This document shows positions 20,911 to 30,512 of a stretch of 32,000 bases of DNA, one piece after another. The stretch covers positions 2,610,001 through 2,642,000 of the forward strand of contig NC_000964.3 in the NCBI RefSeq assembly GCF_000009045.1. The letters are read 5' to 3'. Origin of the DNA: Bacillus subtilis subsp. subtilis str. 168. GTDB taxonomy: Bacteria; Bacillota; Bacilli; Bacillales; Bacillaceae. Every line of letters begins with the position of its first letter. The first letter of the stretch is position 1. The notes beneath the pieces were generated by a model. It had not been told where the DNA came from and ran no database searches. It saw nothing but the letters and a program-made list of their open reading frames with translations. Made by a program: the position numbers and the translations under genes.

Positions 20911-22748
20911 TATTGTTTTTTCGGACTGTCGTCCATTTTCAGAACTGCCATAAATGCTTCTTGCGGCACTTCAACTGAGCCGACCTGCTTCATACGGCGC
21001 TTTCCTTCTTTTTGTTTTTCAAGAAGTTTCCGTTTACGCGAGATGTCCCCTCCGTAACATTTAGCCAATACGTTTTTACGCATTGCTTTTATGGTGGAGC
21101 GGGCCACGATTTTCTGGCCGATTGCGGCTTGTACCGGAACTTCAAACTGCTGGCGCGGAATGAGTTCTTTCAGTTTTTCAACGATCACTTTTCCCCGTTC
21201 ATATGCGTAATCACGATGCACGATAAAGGAAAGGGCATCGATTTTTTCACCATTCAGCATAATGTCCATTTTCACAAGCTTGGACGGTTTGTAGCCGATC
21301 AGTTCATAATCAAAGGACGCATAGCCTTTAGTGCTTGATTTCAGCTGATCAAAAAACTCATATACGATTTCCGCTAATGGCATATCATAAATGATGCTGA
21401 CACGGTTTGCGTCTAAATACTGCATATCAATGAAATTGCCGCGTTTTCCTTGGCAAAGCTCCATTACAGCGCCGACATAGTCATTCGGCACCATCATCGT
21501 CGCTTTTACGTATGGCTCCTCAACCCTTTCGATCTTTTGAGGATCCGGCATGTTGGACGGGTTGTCGACAACGACCTTTTCGCCGTCTGTCATATACACG
21601 TCATAGATAACGCTTGGCGCTGTCGTAATCAGGTCGATGTTGAACTCACGCTCAATTCGCTCCTGAATGATCTCCATGTGAAGCATGCCTAAAAATCCGC
21701 AGCGGAACCCGAATCCAAGCGCTTGCGAAGTTTCCGCTTCATATTGAAGGGAGGAATCATTCAGCTCAAGCTTTTCAAGAGCTTCCCTTAAATCATTATA
21801 CTTCGCTGTATCAATCGGATACAAACCACAGTACACCATCGGGTTTAGCTTGCGGTATCCCGGCAGCGCTTCTTCTGCAGGATTGGCAGCGCTCGTTATT
21901 GTATCACCGACACGTGTGTCACCAACATTTTTGATTGAGGCAGTCAGGAAGCCTACATCACCGACCGTCAGTTCATTTGTCGGAGTTGCTTTCGGCGTGA
22001 ACACGCCCACCTCTGTTACTTCGAATTCTTTGCCGGTTGCCATCATTTTGATTTTTTGTCCCGGCTTTACCGTTCCTTCAACGACTCTGATATAAGCCAC
22101 GACACCGCGGTAGGCGTCATAAAGCGAGTCGAAGATCAGCGCTTTGAGCGGCGCCTCCGGATCTCCGGTCGGAGCTGGCACCTTTTCTACGATTTGTTCT
22201 AAAATCTCCTCAATCCCGATACCGGCTTTTGCTGAAGCAAGCACGGCTTCTGATGCGTCAAGGCCGATAACGTCTTCTACCTCTTGGCGCACACGTTCGG
22301 GCTCGGCGCTCGGAAGGTCGATTTTATTGATGACCGGAAGGATTTCAAGATCGTTGTCAAGCGCTAAGTAGACATTGGCGAGCGTCTGCGCTTCAATCCC
22401 CTGGGCTGCATCCACGACAAGAATCGCTCCCTCGCAGGCAGCAAGGCTTCGGGATACTTCATACGTGAAGTCGACGTGTCCCGGCGTATCGATTAGATGA
22501 AAGATATATTCTTCTCCGTCTTTTGCTTTATATTTAAGCTGAACAGAGTTTAATTTAATGGTTATGCCCCGCTCACGTTCAAGATCCATAGAATCGAGCA
22601 ATTGTTCTTTCATTTCTCGTTGAGTGATTGCCGACGTTTTTTCTAAAATACGATCCGCTAAGGTCGATTTTCCGTGGTCAATATGGGCAATGATAGAGAA
22701 ATTCCGTATTCTCGATTGCCTCTCTAAACGCTTTTCTTTATCTGTCAC
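20910..22748 (-). CDS. lepA: translation elongation factor 4 (LepA)
   Basis: 612 aa. G-motifs [14 protein letters not shown] and NKID, plus the LepA-specific C-terminal domain. GTG start 22746-22748 has GGAG 9 nt upstream. Confidence 0.98.
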   Translation of the reverse strand: MTDKEKRLERQSRIRNFSIIAHIDHGKSTLADRILEKTSAITQREMKEQLLDSMDLERERGITIKLNSVQLKYKAKDGEEYIFHLIDTPGHVDFTYEVSRSLAACEGAILVVDAAQGIEAQTLANVYLALDNDLEILPVINKIDLPSAEPERVRQEVEDVIGLDASEAVLASAKAGIGIEEILEQIVEKVPAPTGDPEAPLKALIFDSLYDAYRGVVAYIRVVEGTVKPGQKIKMMATGKEFEVTEVGVFTPKATPTNELTVGDVGFLTASIKNVGDTRVGDTITSAANPAEEALPGYRKLNPMVYCGLYPIDTAKYNDLREALEKLELNDSSLQYEAETSQALGFGFRCGFLGMLHMEIIQERIEREFNIDLITTAPSVIYDVYMTDGEKVVVDNPSNMPDPQKIERVEEPYVKATMMVPNDYVGAVMELCQGKRGNFIDMQYLDANRVSIIYDMPLAEIVYEFFDQLKSSTKGYASFDYELIGYKPSKLVKMDIMLNGEKIDALSFIVHRDYAYERGKVIVEKLKELIPRQQFEVPVQAAIGQKIVARSTIKAMRKNVLAKCYGGDISRKRKLLEKQKEGKRRMKQVGSVEVPQEAFMAVLKMDDSPKKQ

Positions 22749-22791
22749 AATCTATCACTCCTACTATTAAACGCAAAATACACTAGCTTAG

Positions 22792-22820
22792 ATTATATCA
22801 ATAGGATTGTAAAGATTCAA
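22792..22820 (-). promoter_or_regulatory. SigA promoter of lepA
   Basis: TTGAAT (22815-22820), a 17-nt spacer, then an extended -10 TGaTATAAT (22792-22800). Confidence 0.75.
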
Positions 22821-22823
22821 TGT

Positions 22824-22875
22824 AAAACAAGAAAGAGAAAAGTTCCCTATCATATCTGGGTTGCTTTTCTCTTTC
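22824..22875 (-). terminator. intrinsic terminator after yqxA
   Basis: Perfect 12-bp stem GAAAGAGAAAAG / CUUUUCUCUUUC (22831-22842 / 22864-22875), followed by UUGUUUU on the minus strand. Confidence 0.7.
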
Positions 22876-22881
22876 ACGTAC

Positions 22882-23220
22882 TTATTGATTCATATCCCGT
22901 ATCCATTCATACATTGACTGGGCAGTATTGGTTACGGTGTCCGAAAGCGCTTTTCCGGCTTTTGAAAACATATTGAATGTCTCCACCTTTTCCAGCTCTT
23001 TTTGTTTTTCTACTAAATCTTTTGCCGTGACTGTTTCTCCTAGGATTGAGGCTTCTTTTTCATTATCTTTTCCGTCGGTGAGCGTAAACGCCCCCTTCAG
23101 TGAAGGGTCATGATAGCCTTTCATACTCAGCATCCCGTGGTTTGCCTGCTGCATGCCGAACAGAACGCCTAAAAACATGATCGTGACAAGCAGTAAGCAC
23201 TTTCCAAAGTATGCAATCAA
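22882..23220 (-). CDS. yqxA: small membrane protein of unknown function, co-located with spoIIP
   Basis: I set the start at TTG 23218-23220 (112 aa) because AGGTGG (23226-23231) is the only RBS, and the ORF-track GTG (23229) lies inside it. One N-terminal TM helix. Confidence 0.8.
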   Translation of the reverse strand: MIAYFGKCLLLVTIMFLGVLFGMQQANHGMLSMKGYHDPSLKGAFTLTDGKDNEKEASILGETVTAKDLVEKQKELEKVETFNMFSKAGKALSDTVTNTAQSMYEWIRDMNQ

Positions 23221-23236
23221 ATCAACCACCTATTTC

Positions 23237-24442
23237 TTATTGTTTTTTCGTCTCCCCGCTCGCTGCGTTGACCTTTTCAGCATCCCAGTACATTTCGCTG
23301 AATACGTCCGCGGCCGCGTTAGCCGCACGCTGCAGCTCTTCGAGATTATTATCCACTCCGCCAAACTCGAGCAAAAGCGCTCTATCGGTTAAATCCTGAT
23401 TGTAAACACCATTATCGCCTGGCGAGCCTTTGGAAAAGACACCTGTGCTAAGTCCGGGGTATTTTTTCTCCATCAGTTTATGAAGCTCACTCGCAATTTT
23501 ATAGTTTTCTTCGAAGTTTTTGCTTTTTTTCCCGACGACAAAGGCTACCCTGGCATAGCTTTTCCCTTTAATCGTTGCGGTTGTGTCTTTTTTGCGCCGA
23601 GAGTCTCTGTGGATGTCAATGATATATTGCAGATTTTTGTTTGAAGCGAGGGCGTCTTTCACGACCGGCCTTGATTCATCATAGGACCTGGCATAGTTTA
23701 AGCCTTTTTTATTCAATTTTGACTGTATATCGGTTTTATTCACTGTGGCTCCGATTCCCTGGGATTCAAGCGCTTGTCCGAACATATCTCCTACAAGCGT
23801 GACATTGGCTTTAGAATGGCGCGCCATGTCAGGATCGGTCTCGCCTTTTAATAGAGGGAGATATGATTCCGTATTGTGCGTGTGATAGATAAACACGACC
23901 TTTTTATCACCTGTTGTTTGTTTCGGCGGATCTTTTTGCGCATTATCTGATTGCGTTTGCTGTTTTTCAATCTCTGCCAAATTCGCTTCTCTTTCTTCCT
24001 CCATCACCTTAGACGGCGGCGGCGATTCCGCAGGCATATTCGTATAATCCGTTCCTTGTCCAGCTAACAAAATCTCGGTATCAAATTGTGCAAATCCTGG
24101 CAGCTCCCGACCGAGAAAGCTCCGCGGATCTTCGAGGTTAATGCTCGTCGCCAGCTTTAAAGAAAGACGAGAAAGATGAAATGAGCTGTCTGTTTGAGAG
24201 AGGTCAGAAGCGAAATAATGGTTTTCCATCTGCAGCAAATGTGCAAATACGTCACCCGGCAATTCTTCAGCAATCCCATAAAAAGAGTCAGACGACGGCC
24301 TAAGTTCCGGCCGGAGAGACGTCAGCACACCGGATAGAACAAAAATCACGATAAGGCTTACGATAAATAGAAAGATGGCTTTTACCGCTTTCCCTCCATT
24401 TACCGCAACAACAATCTGTCTGTTTCTGCGTTTATTTCTCAT
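23237..24442 (-). CDS. spoIIP: stage II sporulation protein P (engulfment cell-wall hydrolase)
   Basis: 401 aa. N-terminal TM anchor and a C-terminal SpoIIP amidase-like domain (IYHTHNTESY ... DIHRD). RBS is GGAGGG. Confidence 0.95.
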   Translation of the reverse strand: MRNKRRNRQIVVAVNGGKAVKAIFLFIVSLIVIFVLSGVLTSLRPELRPSSDSFYGIAEELPGDVFAHLLQMENHYFASDLSQTDSSFHLSRLSLKLATSINLEDPRSFLGRELPGFAQFDTEILLAGQGTDYTNMPAESPPPSKVMEEEREANLAEIEKQQTQSDNAQKDPPKQTTGDKKVVFIYHTHNTESYLPLLKGETDPDMARHSKANVTLVGDMFGQALESQGIGATVNKTDIQSKLNKKGLNYARSYDESRPVVKDALASNKNLQYIIDIHRDSRRKKDTTATIKGKSYARVAFVVGKKSKNFEENYKIASELHKLMEKKYPGLSTGVFSKGSPGDNGVYNQDLTDRALLLEFGGVDNNLEELQRAANAAADVFSEMYWDAEKVNAASGETKKQ

Positions 24443-24471
24443 TGAATCCCTCCAGCGCTTGTCTAGTAATT

Positions 24472-24479
24472 ACTCTATG
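24472..24479 (-). promoter_or_regulatory. candidate SigE -10 element for spoIIP
   Basis: CATAGAGT on the minus strand lies 30 nt upstream of the spoIIP ATG and matches the SigE -10 CATACAnT at 6 of 7 positions. The -35 is not convincing. Confidence 0.3.
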
Positions 24480-24504
24480 AACAAGCTAGAGGAAGTAGAA
24501 CTGT

Positions 24505-25611
24505 TTAGTGATTGTAGGAGCCTTTGTTTTCTTGTGACACTTTTTCATGAAGCGCTGTGTTTAATCCGTTCGCTAAAACATTTGCCATATCGTCGATAAA
24601 TGAATCGACTTCCTTCGGTGTAACCATTAAGTTGTGCCCTAAAGGCGAAAGCACCTCGTGAATGAGCTGCCGTTTTTCATCTTCTTGAAGGGTTCCGACA
24701 ATACCTAGGAACGATTGGCGCTGCTTTTGATCGGGAAGATCGTCTTCAGTGAGCACTTTCTTTTTCCCAAACGTCATGCCTGCCGGAACAAGCGATCTTG
24801 ATGGCCTGTTATCCTTCATTTCTCTGCCAAAATGTTTTAATATGTAGTCCACCGTGTCGCTGGCAATTGTCACGGCATCAACTACTGTCGGAACACCGAT
24901 AGCAATCACCGGAACACCAAGCGTGTCTTTGCTTAAATCTTTTCGTTTATTCCCCACTCCAGACCCCGGGTGAATGCCTGTATCCGATATTTGAATGGTT
25001 GTGTTGACCCTTTCCACCGCCCGCGCCGCCAACGCATCAATGGCGATGACAAAATCAGGCTTCGATTGCTCAATCACACCTTTAATAATGTCACTTGTTT
25101 CGATTCCTGTTATCCCCATTACACCCGGTGCAAAAGCACTGACAGGCCTGTAACCCTCCTGTACGTTTTCCGGCTGAAGCTTAAACAAGTGCCTTGTTAC
25201 CAACAGATTTTCTACTGCCATCGGTCCAAGCGCATCAGGTGTCACGTTCCAGTTGCCGAGCCCAACGATCAAACAGCTCGCATCTTTTGAGATATTAAGG
25301 TTTTCAAGAAAAGCTGAGAATTCCTCCGCAAAGACAGCAGAGACCTTCTCCTGCATTTCCGAATCATTCTCCCTGATTCCCTGTGCTTCAAGCGTTAAAT
25401 AGCGCCCTTCTTTTTTTCCCGAAAGCTCTGCGCCTTCCTTTGTAACATCAACTGTGCGGATTTTAATGCCGCCGTGATCACGCTCTTTTTCAATAAAGCC
25501 TTTAATTTCTTTTGTCGGCACAGCCTGCTGATTGGCCATTGCTTCCTTCGTTTCCACTGCCAAATCGGTCCGTATCAAATACTGATTCACATCCAGCTCA
25601 CTCTTTTTCAT
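24505..25611 (-). CDS. gpr: germination protease GPR (SASP-degrading endopeptidase)
   Basis: 368 aa. I recognise the full-length GPR sequence ([20 protein letters not shown]...). RBS is GAAGGAGG. Confidence 0.96.
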   Translation of the reverse strand: MKKSELDVNQYLIRTDLAVETKEAMANQQAVPTKEIKGFIEKERDHGGIKIRTVDVTKEGAELSGKKEGRYLTLEAQGIRENDSEMQEKVSAVFAEEFSAFLENLNISKDASCLIVGLGNWNVTPDALGPMAVENLLVTRHLFKLQPENVQEGYRPVSAFAPGVMGITGIETSDIIKGVIEQSKPDFVIAIDALAARAVERVNTTIQISDTGIHPGSGVGNKRKDLSKDTLGVPVIAIGVPTVVDAVTIASDTVDYILKHFGREMKDNRPSRSLVPAGMTFGKKKVLTEDDLPDQKQRQSFLGIVGTLQEDEKRQLIHEVLSPLGHNLMVTPKEVDSFIDDMANVLANGLNTALHEKVSQENKGSYNH

Positions 25612-25640
25612 ACAGGGGCCTCCTTCACATTAAGTACCTA

Positions 25641-25670
25641 TATTGTTGCCATTTGCTGAATAAATCATGC
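25641..25670 (-). promoter_or_regulatory. forespore (SigF/SigG)-type promoter of gpr
   Basis: GCATG (25666-25670), 15 nt, then GGCAACAATA (25641-25650). This fits the SigF pattern GYATR-N15-GGnRAYAMTW as I recall it, and it overlaps a SigG-like CAnnnTA. gpr is known to be read by both forespore sigma factors. Confidence 0.7.
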
Positions 25671-25710
25671 TAAAAAGAGAACCTTCAATGAAAAATACTT
25701 TACATTTATA

Positions 25711-25739
25711 TTGCAATCTAAAGGTGTGTTTGATAGAAT
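25711..25739 (+). promoter_or_regulatory. SigA promoter of rpsT
   Basis: TTGCAA (25711-25716), a 17-nt spacer, then an extended -10 TGaTAGAAT (25731-25739). Confidence 0.75.
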
Positions 25740-25802
25740 ACAATTTGTTCTATTGTGAAGAAGATTTAACCTTAAGACACTGTGCTACAGGTTGTATCTT
25801 AG

Positions 25803-26081
<279 letters not shown>

Positions 26082-26084
26082 TAT

Positions 26085-26118
26085 AAAAACGATCCTCAAT
26101 AATGGGGATCGTTTTTTT
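26085..26118 (+). terminator. intrinsic terminator of rpsT (overlaps the holA 3' end)
   Basis: AAAAACGATCC / GGATCGTTTTT arms (26085-26095 / 26106-26116) followed by a T-run that ends at 26118. The holA stop codon (26096-26098) lies in the loop. Confidence 0.85.
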
Positions 26119-27139
26119 CATTTCTTTTTAACAGCTGTAAAAGGAACAGTTCGAGCAGGAGCTGCTTGTCCTTTTTCCCGGTTTTCATCTCATAGTCCAT
26201 GACGGCAAGCTGTTCAATAATTAAACGGAGCTCCTCCTCTGAAAAAAGCCTTGCTTGATCCATCGCCAGCTTTACCCGAAATGGGTGAACTTTTAGATTA
26301 GAAGCGATTTGTTTTTGTCCGTATCCCTGTTCCGCGAAGTACTTCGTCTGCAGAATCAGCCGGAACTGATTCGAAATAAGCGCCATAATTTTGATCGGTT
26401 CTTCATTTTGTTTTAGCAAATCATAAAAAATTTGCAGACTCTCTGTTCGTTTTCGGTTGACGATTTTATTGATCAGCTCAAAAATATTTTGTTCAAGGCT
26501 TCTAGCAACAAGCATTTTTACATCATCCAGCGTAATTTCTTCACGATCTCCAATAAACGTGCAGAGCTTTTGAATCTCCTGAAAAATCGATGACAGATGA
26601 CCGTTCACAAGCAGAACCAAATGCTCCGCCGCTTCCGTGCCGATTGTTTTCTGCTCTGTTTTTGCAAGGTTGACAGTAAAGTCTGTCGTTTCCTTTGCAT
26701 TTAATTCCTTCGCCTCCATCATAAACGCGTGCTTCTTTAACGCTTTCGTCAGCTTTTTTCGCTCATCAAGCTTTTCATACGGAGCAAGCAGGACAAAGAC
26801 TGTGTAAGGCGCAGGTGATTGTATATATGATTCAAGCGCACTGACGTTGTGCTCAATTTTTTCTTTTTTCTTTTCACCTGTTAAAAAATATGGATTTTTC
26901 ACAATGACAAGACGCCGCTCCCCCATAAACGGAAACGTTTCAGCATCTGCAATCGCTTGATCCAGCGGGTCCTCTTCCAGATCAAAAACGGACAGATTGA
27001 AATCCTTTGTCTCCTGATCAACGACCGTCTGTCTGATCCTGCTGACGGTTTCTTGCAGCAGATATGTCTCTTTTCCGTATAAACAATAAACCGGATGGAC
27101 CTCTCCTTTTTTCAGGCTTTTCCACACATCAAATACCAT
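26096..27139 (-). CDS. holA: DNA polymerase III delta subunit
   Basis: 347 aa with a delta-subunit fold (clamp-loader AAA-like N-terminal domain lacking a Walker A). Its position downstream of comEC matches B. subtilis. Confidence 0.93.
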   Translation of the reverse strand: MVFDVWKSLKKGEVHPVYCLYGKETYLLQETVSRIRQTVVDQETKDFNLSVFDLEEDPLDQAIADAETFPFMGERRLVIVKNPYFLTGEKKKEKIEHNVSALESYIQSPAPYTVFVLLAPYEKLDERKKLTKALKKHAFMMEAKELNAKETTDFTVNLAKTEQKTIGTEAAEHLVLLVNGHLSSIFQEIQKLCTFIGDREEITLDDVKMLVARSLEQNIFELINKIVNRKRTESLQIFYDLLKQNEEPIKIMALISNQFRLILQTKYFAEQGYGQKQIASNLKVHPFRVKLAMDQARLFSEEELRLIIEQLAVMDYEMKTGKKDKQLLLELFLLQLLKRNEKNDPHY

Positions 27140-27190
27140 TGTTGTACGACTTCCTCTCTTTCATCATCCCCTTCTATCCTAAATTGAGTT

Positions 27191-27229
27191 TGCAAAATAG
27201 TAAAGAGGAAGCCTGACTGCTGCTTCCCC
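27191..27229 (-). terminator. orphan minus-strand terminator in the holA-yqzM gap
   Basis: 8-bp stem GGGGAAGC / GCUUCCUC (27222-27229 / 27205-27212). It contains a G.U pair only in the minus-strand RNA. A 9-nt loop is followed by UUUACUAUUUUG. Confidence 0.5.
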
Positions 27230-27368
27230 ATTTATATTAAACGCCTGTTCGCAAGCCCCCGGGACAGCTTGTAAAAAGGCGATAATCACCAGAACAGAAA
27301 ACGTTACCTTAGCTTCTAGATTTTTCAAAACAATTCCATTATACTTAAGTCAGTCAGGAGGGATAAAG

Positions 27369-27503
27369 TTGAATGATTTTGAAAAAAACGTTCAAAGCAA
27401 ACGAAATGATGCTGTAGATTCAGCTGTTGGTTTTGTTGTGTCCTTCGGATTTTTCGCCTTCTTGTTTGTCATGGCAACGGTTATTCACCTAGTTGGTTCA
27501 TAA
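27369..27503 (+). CDS. yqzM: 44-aa single-TM small protein
   Basis: This ORF is not in the ORF track because it is under 60 aa. TTG 27369-27371 lies 7 nt after AGGAGGG. My translation is MNDFEKNVQSKRNDAVDSAVGFVVSFGFFAFLFVMATVIHLVGS*. It is followed directly by an intrinsic terminator. Confidence 0.75.
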   Translation: MNDFEKNVQSKRNDAVDSAVGFVVSFGFFAFLFVMATVIHLVGS

Positions 27504-27507
27504 CAGC

Positions 27508-27544
27508 GACTGCCCGGGCTGCTGATTTCTCGGCAGTCTTTTTT
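27508..27544 (+). terminator. intrinsic terminator of yqzM
   Basis: GACTGCC / GGCAGTC stem (27508-27514 / 27532-27538) with extra inner pairs, followed by TTTTTT (27539-27544). The T-run overlaps the comEC stop codon. Confidence 0.75.
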
Positions 27545-29873
27545 AGTTCGTCTCTGTTATATCTGATGTATCATATGGAGGATAGACAGAAAAGGTTCCA
27601 ACTCTGTTTTTGTATCTATATTGGATCGTTCCGTTTTGATCTGTTCGCAGCACGCGGATAGAATGTCTCTGTAATAGTTGCAGAACTTTTTGATGAGGAT
27701 GATGGTACCGATTGTTTTTCCCGGCTGAGATAATGGCCGTTTTCGGCTGAAGCTGTTGGATGAATTCTTCACCGGTAGAGCCTTTGCTCCCATGGTGCCC
27801 CACCTTTAACACATCTGCTTTTATATTCGGAAACACGTTCATCACCTCTTGTTCCCCTTCTTTCTCCAGATCACCCGTCAAGATCCAGCTCATACCGCCC
27901 GTCTCCATCCACAGAACGAGAGATGAATTATTTTTGCTTGCCGGATCAGGTGCTTCCGGTGACAGTACATGGAACTGCAAATCCTTTATTTGCAACACAT
28001 CGCCTCGCTTCACCTCTTCAATTGCCACTCCCTCTTCCCTGGCTGCCTGCAGCACTTTCTCATCTTTAGGTTCAGAAACGAACCCTTTCGGAATCACGAG
28101 GCGCTTTACTTTATGATGCTTCAGCAGAATCTCCGCCTCTCCGATATGATCTTGGTCAGCGTGCGTCAGAATTAAAGCGTCAAGCTGCTTGATTCCCTTA
28201 GCAGTTAAAAACGGAATCAGCACCTTTTCCCCCAGTGAAAACGGATGCTGTTTTTCGCGCCAAGGCTCTGACGAGTAAGACAAAGTGCCGCCGGTATCAA
28301 TTAAGACACGACCCCGCTGATGCGGAGCACCTACAAACATGCTGTCACCCTGTCCAATATCTATCATATCCACTTCTCCTTCGGAACTAAGACACGGATA
28401 TATAAAGAGCAGAAACATCACCGTGCAGCAAATGCCTCCGGTTACCATCAACTGCGACAAGGAGCGTTTTTCAATCGCCATAAGCAATAGGATGATCGTG
28501 ACTGTGAATAAAAAAAGCAAAACAGGTGCAGGATGTGCGATCATAATCGTGAACACATCAACATCTGCAATGTTTGTGATTAACCTATTGATCCAGCTTA
28601 TCAATAAATCAAACCAGCTGAAAAACAATCTCCCAAACGAAGCGGAAAGACTTAATAGAAGAACACCTGCTACAGCTCCCGGCAAAATACAGAAGGTATA
28701 AAATGGTACCATCAACATATTCATCGGTACGCTGATGATAGAAAACTGATGAAAATGATATAGGAGAATCGGAAGCGAGCCCAGCTGAGCGATGAGTGAT
28801 ACAATTGTCAGCTGCCCCAAGGAGGTTTTAACCTGCTGAAAAATAGAAGAGGATAGAATTAAAGAAAAACTGACGGCGAACGATAGCTGAAAACCGGCTT
28901 CAAAGAGATGATAAGGATTGAAGAGCAGAAGGACGATGTACGAAAGGCAAATTGCAGTTGCAGAGCGGACACGCCATTTGACAAGACTTCCAGCTAAGTA
29001 AACACCCGACATGAGAGCGGCGCGTAGCACTGAAGGAGCAGCGCCGGTCAACATCACATAGAGCGGCAGAAATAACAGCAACAGAATTGACGCCTTTTCT
29101 CTAGTTATACCAAGGCGGATCATGATATAAAACAAACCTGCTGTCAAAATCCCCACGTGGAGTCCTGATATTGCCAAGAGATGGACAACACCAAGCTTTT
29201 GATACGCGGTAAGCACTTCATCCTCCACGTAAAATCTGTCACCAACTGTAAGTGCCTGTACAATCCCTGTCGAATCAGGAGGCAGAAGGCTGTTTGTGAA
29301 TGATATGATATGTTTTCTCAAGCTGAGCACCTTGTACTTGAAATTTTCAGGTTCGCTGCAGTTTTGGATAGACGTGACAGAGTAGTTCCAATGAATATGC
29401 TGCCGATAAAGATACTCGTTATAATCAAATGCACCCGGCACAGTTGCGTGATTCGGTTCTTCCAATGTACCAGTCAACTCACATGACATTCCTGGTTCTA
29501 TGTATAACAGCTGTTCTTTTTCACCAGCAGACTGAATGCGATACGCAGCAGCCCATTTTTCCTTATCAGGTGTCTCAACCATCATAGACATACGGTCGCC
29601 GTCAATTTTGGGAATAGTGTCAATCACTGCCTTGAATTGATAGGTTCCCTGCCGATAGGAAGAGACATTCTGAGAATCTGTGACTGCATACAGTACAAAA
29701 AACAATATAAAAGAGAAGAAACAAACAATAATAAGAAAAGCGTGCCTCGTTTTGATTAAAATGATGAGGAGAAAGAGGATGAAAAGAAAAATAGCGGGGA
29801 AATAAGCGGCGGCAGTAATTCCAGCCGTTGCCGAAGCTGCCGCCATAGGCAATAATAAGCGCGAATTACGCAT
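27543..29873 (-). CDS. comEC: DNA uptake channel protein ComEC
   Basis: 776 aa. N-terminal OB/DUF4131-like region, a polytopic competence domain and a C-terminal metallo-beta-lactamase domain (LTHADQDHIG, VGHHGS). The ATG lies 3 nt after the comEB stop. Confidence 0.97.
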   Translation of the reverse strand: MRNSRLLLPMAAASATAGITAAAYFPAIFLFILFLLIILIKTRHAFLIIVCFFSFILFFVLYAVTDSQNVSSYRQGTYQFKAVIDTIPKIDGDRMSMMVETPDKEKWAAAYRIQSAGEKEQLLYIEPGMSCELTGTLEEPNHATVPGAFDYNEYLYRQHIHWNYSVTSIQNCSEPENFKYKVLSLRKHIISFTNSLLPPDSTGIVQALTVGDRFYVEDEVLTAYQKLGVVHLLAISGLHVGILTAGLFYIMIRLGITREKASILLLLFLPLYVMLTGAAPSVLRAALMSGVYLAGSLVKWRVRSATAICLSYIVLLLFNPYHLFEAGFQLSFAVSFSLILSSSIFQQVKTSLGQLTIVSLIAQLGSLPILLYHFHQFSIISVPMNMLMVPFYTFCILPGAVAGVLLLSLSASFGRLFFSWFDLLISWINRLITNIADVDVFTIMIAHPAPVLLFLFTVTIILLLMAIEKRSLSQLMVTGGICCTVMFLLFIYPCLSSEGEVDMIDIGQGDSMFVGAPHQRGRVLIDTGGTLSYSSEPWREKQHPFSLGEKVLIPFLTAKGIKQLDALILTHADQDHIGEAEILLKHHKVKRLVIPKGFVSEPKDEKVLQAAREEGVAIEEVKRGDVLQIKDLQFHVLSPEAPDPASKNNSSLVLWMETGGMSWILTGDLEKEGEQEVMNVFPNIKADVLKVGHHGSKGSTGEEFIQQLQPKTAIISAGKNNRYHHPHQKVLQLLQRHSIRVLRTDQNGTIQYRYKNRVGTFSVYPPYDTSDITETN

Positions 29874-29876
29874 TCA

Positions 29877-30446
29877 TCACACGTAGCTCGTGAAAAGTGT
29901 ATTCGCCTGTTCATGTATCTTTTTCAATTCTTCCTCCGCTAAACCGGCATCAGCCAATTTCCCTATTAGACCCGCTACAAATGAAAGCTTTTCTCTGTTT
30001 TTCAGATCAACGATCATTTCATCGAGTTCAACCTGTTCAACAGTTACACCCGCCTGTTCAAATAATTCCTGCGCATACGGATGTGTTTTGTAATCCTCAG
30101 CATAATAAACCGTTTTGATACCAGCTTGAATAATAGATTTGCAGCATTGAATGCACGGATAATGCGTCACATAAATCTCGGCTCCATCAGTCGGCACCCC
30201 AAACTTAGAGCATTGAAGAATCGCATTCATTTCAGCGTGAATGGTTCTTGCGCAATGATCATCTATCATTAAGCATCCTTCATCTGCACAATGTACGCCG
30301 CCCGCGATTGACCCATTGTAGCCTCCTGCTATCATGCGTTTGTCTCTGACTATAGTAGCGCCGACAGATAATCTCGGACATGTGCTGCGCAGCGCCAATA
30401 AATGGCTTTGAGCCATAAAGTATTGATTCCATGAAATTCGTTCCAC
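29877..30446 (-). CDS. comEB: dCMP deaminase (late competence protein ComEB)
   Basis: 189 aa. Deoxycytidylate deaminase zinc motifs HAEMNA and PCIQCCK. GTG start 30444-30446 lies 6 nt after GGAGGG. Confidence 0.95.
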   Translation of the reverse strand: MERISWNQYFMAQSHLLALRSTCPRLSVGATIVRDKRMIAGGYNGSIAGGVHCADEGCLMIDDHCARTIHAEMNAILQCSKFGVPTDGAEIYVTHYPCIQCCKSIIQAGIKTVYYAEDYKTHPYAQELFEQAGVTVEQVELDEMIVDLKNREKLSFVAGLIGKLADAGLAEEELKKIHEQANTLFTSYV

Positions 30447-30512
30447 GTTGTTCCCTCCAAATGTTGTGTTGCCTGACCTTTAGTTTACCTATCATAATGC
30501 ATGACCGTCAAA

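Noticed and set aside
24455-24487. Inverted repeat GCTTGT ... ACAAGC downstream of gpr, as a gpr terminator.
   Set aside because: It is only 6 bp with a 17-nt loop and no U-tract. It more likely has no termination function, which is consistent with read-through into spoIIP.
27245-27275. Small inverted repeat (CAAGC-N10-GCTTG) in the holA-yqzM gap.
   Set aside because: The stem is only 5 bp, there is no U-tract on either strand, and there is no adjacent promoter-like hexamer pair. It is probably fortuitous.
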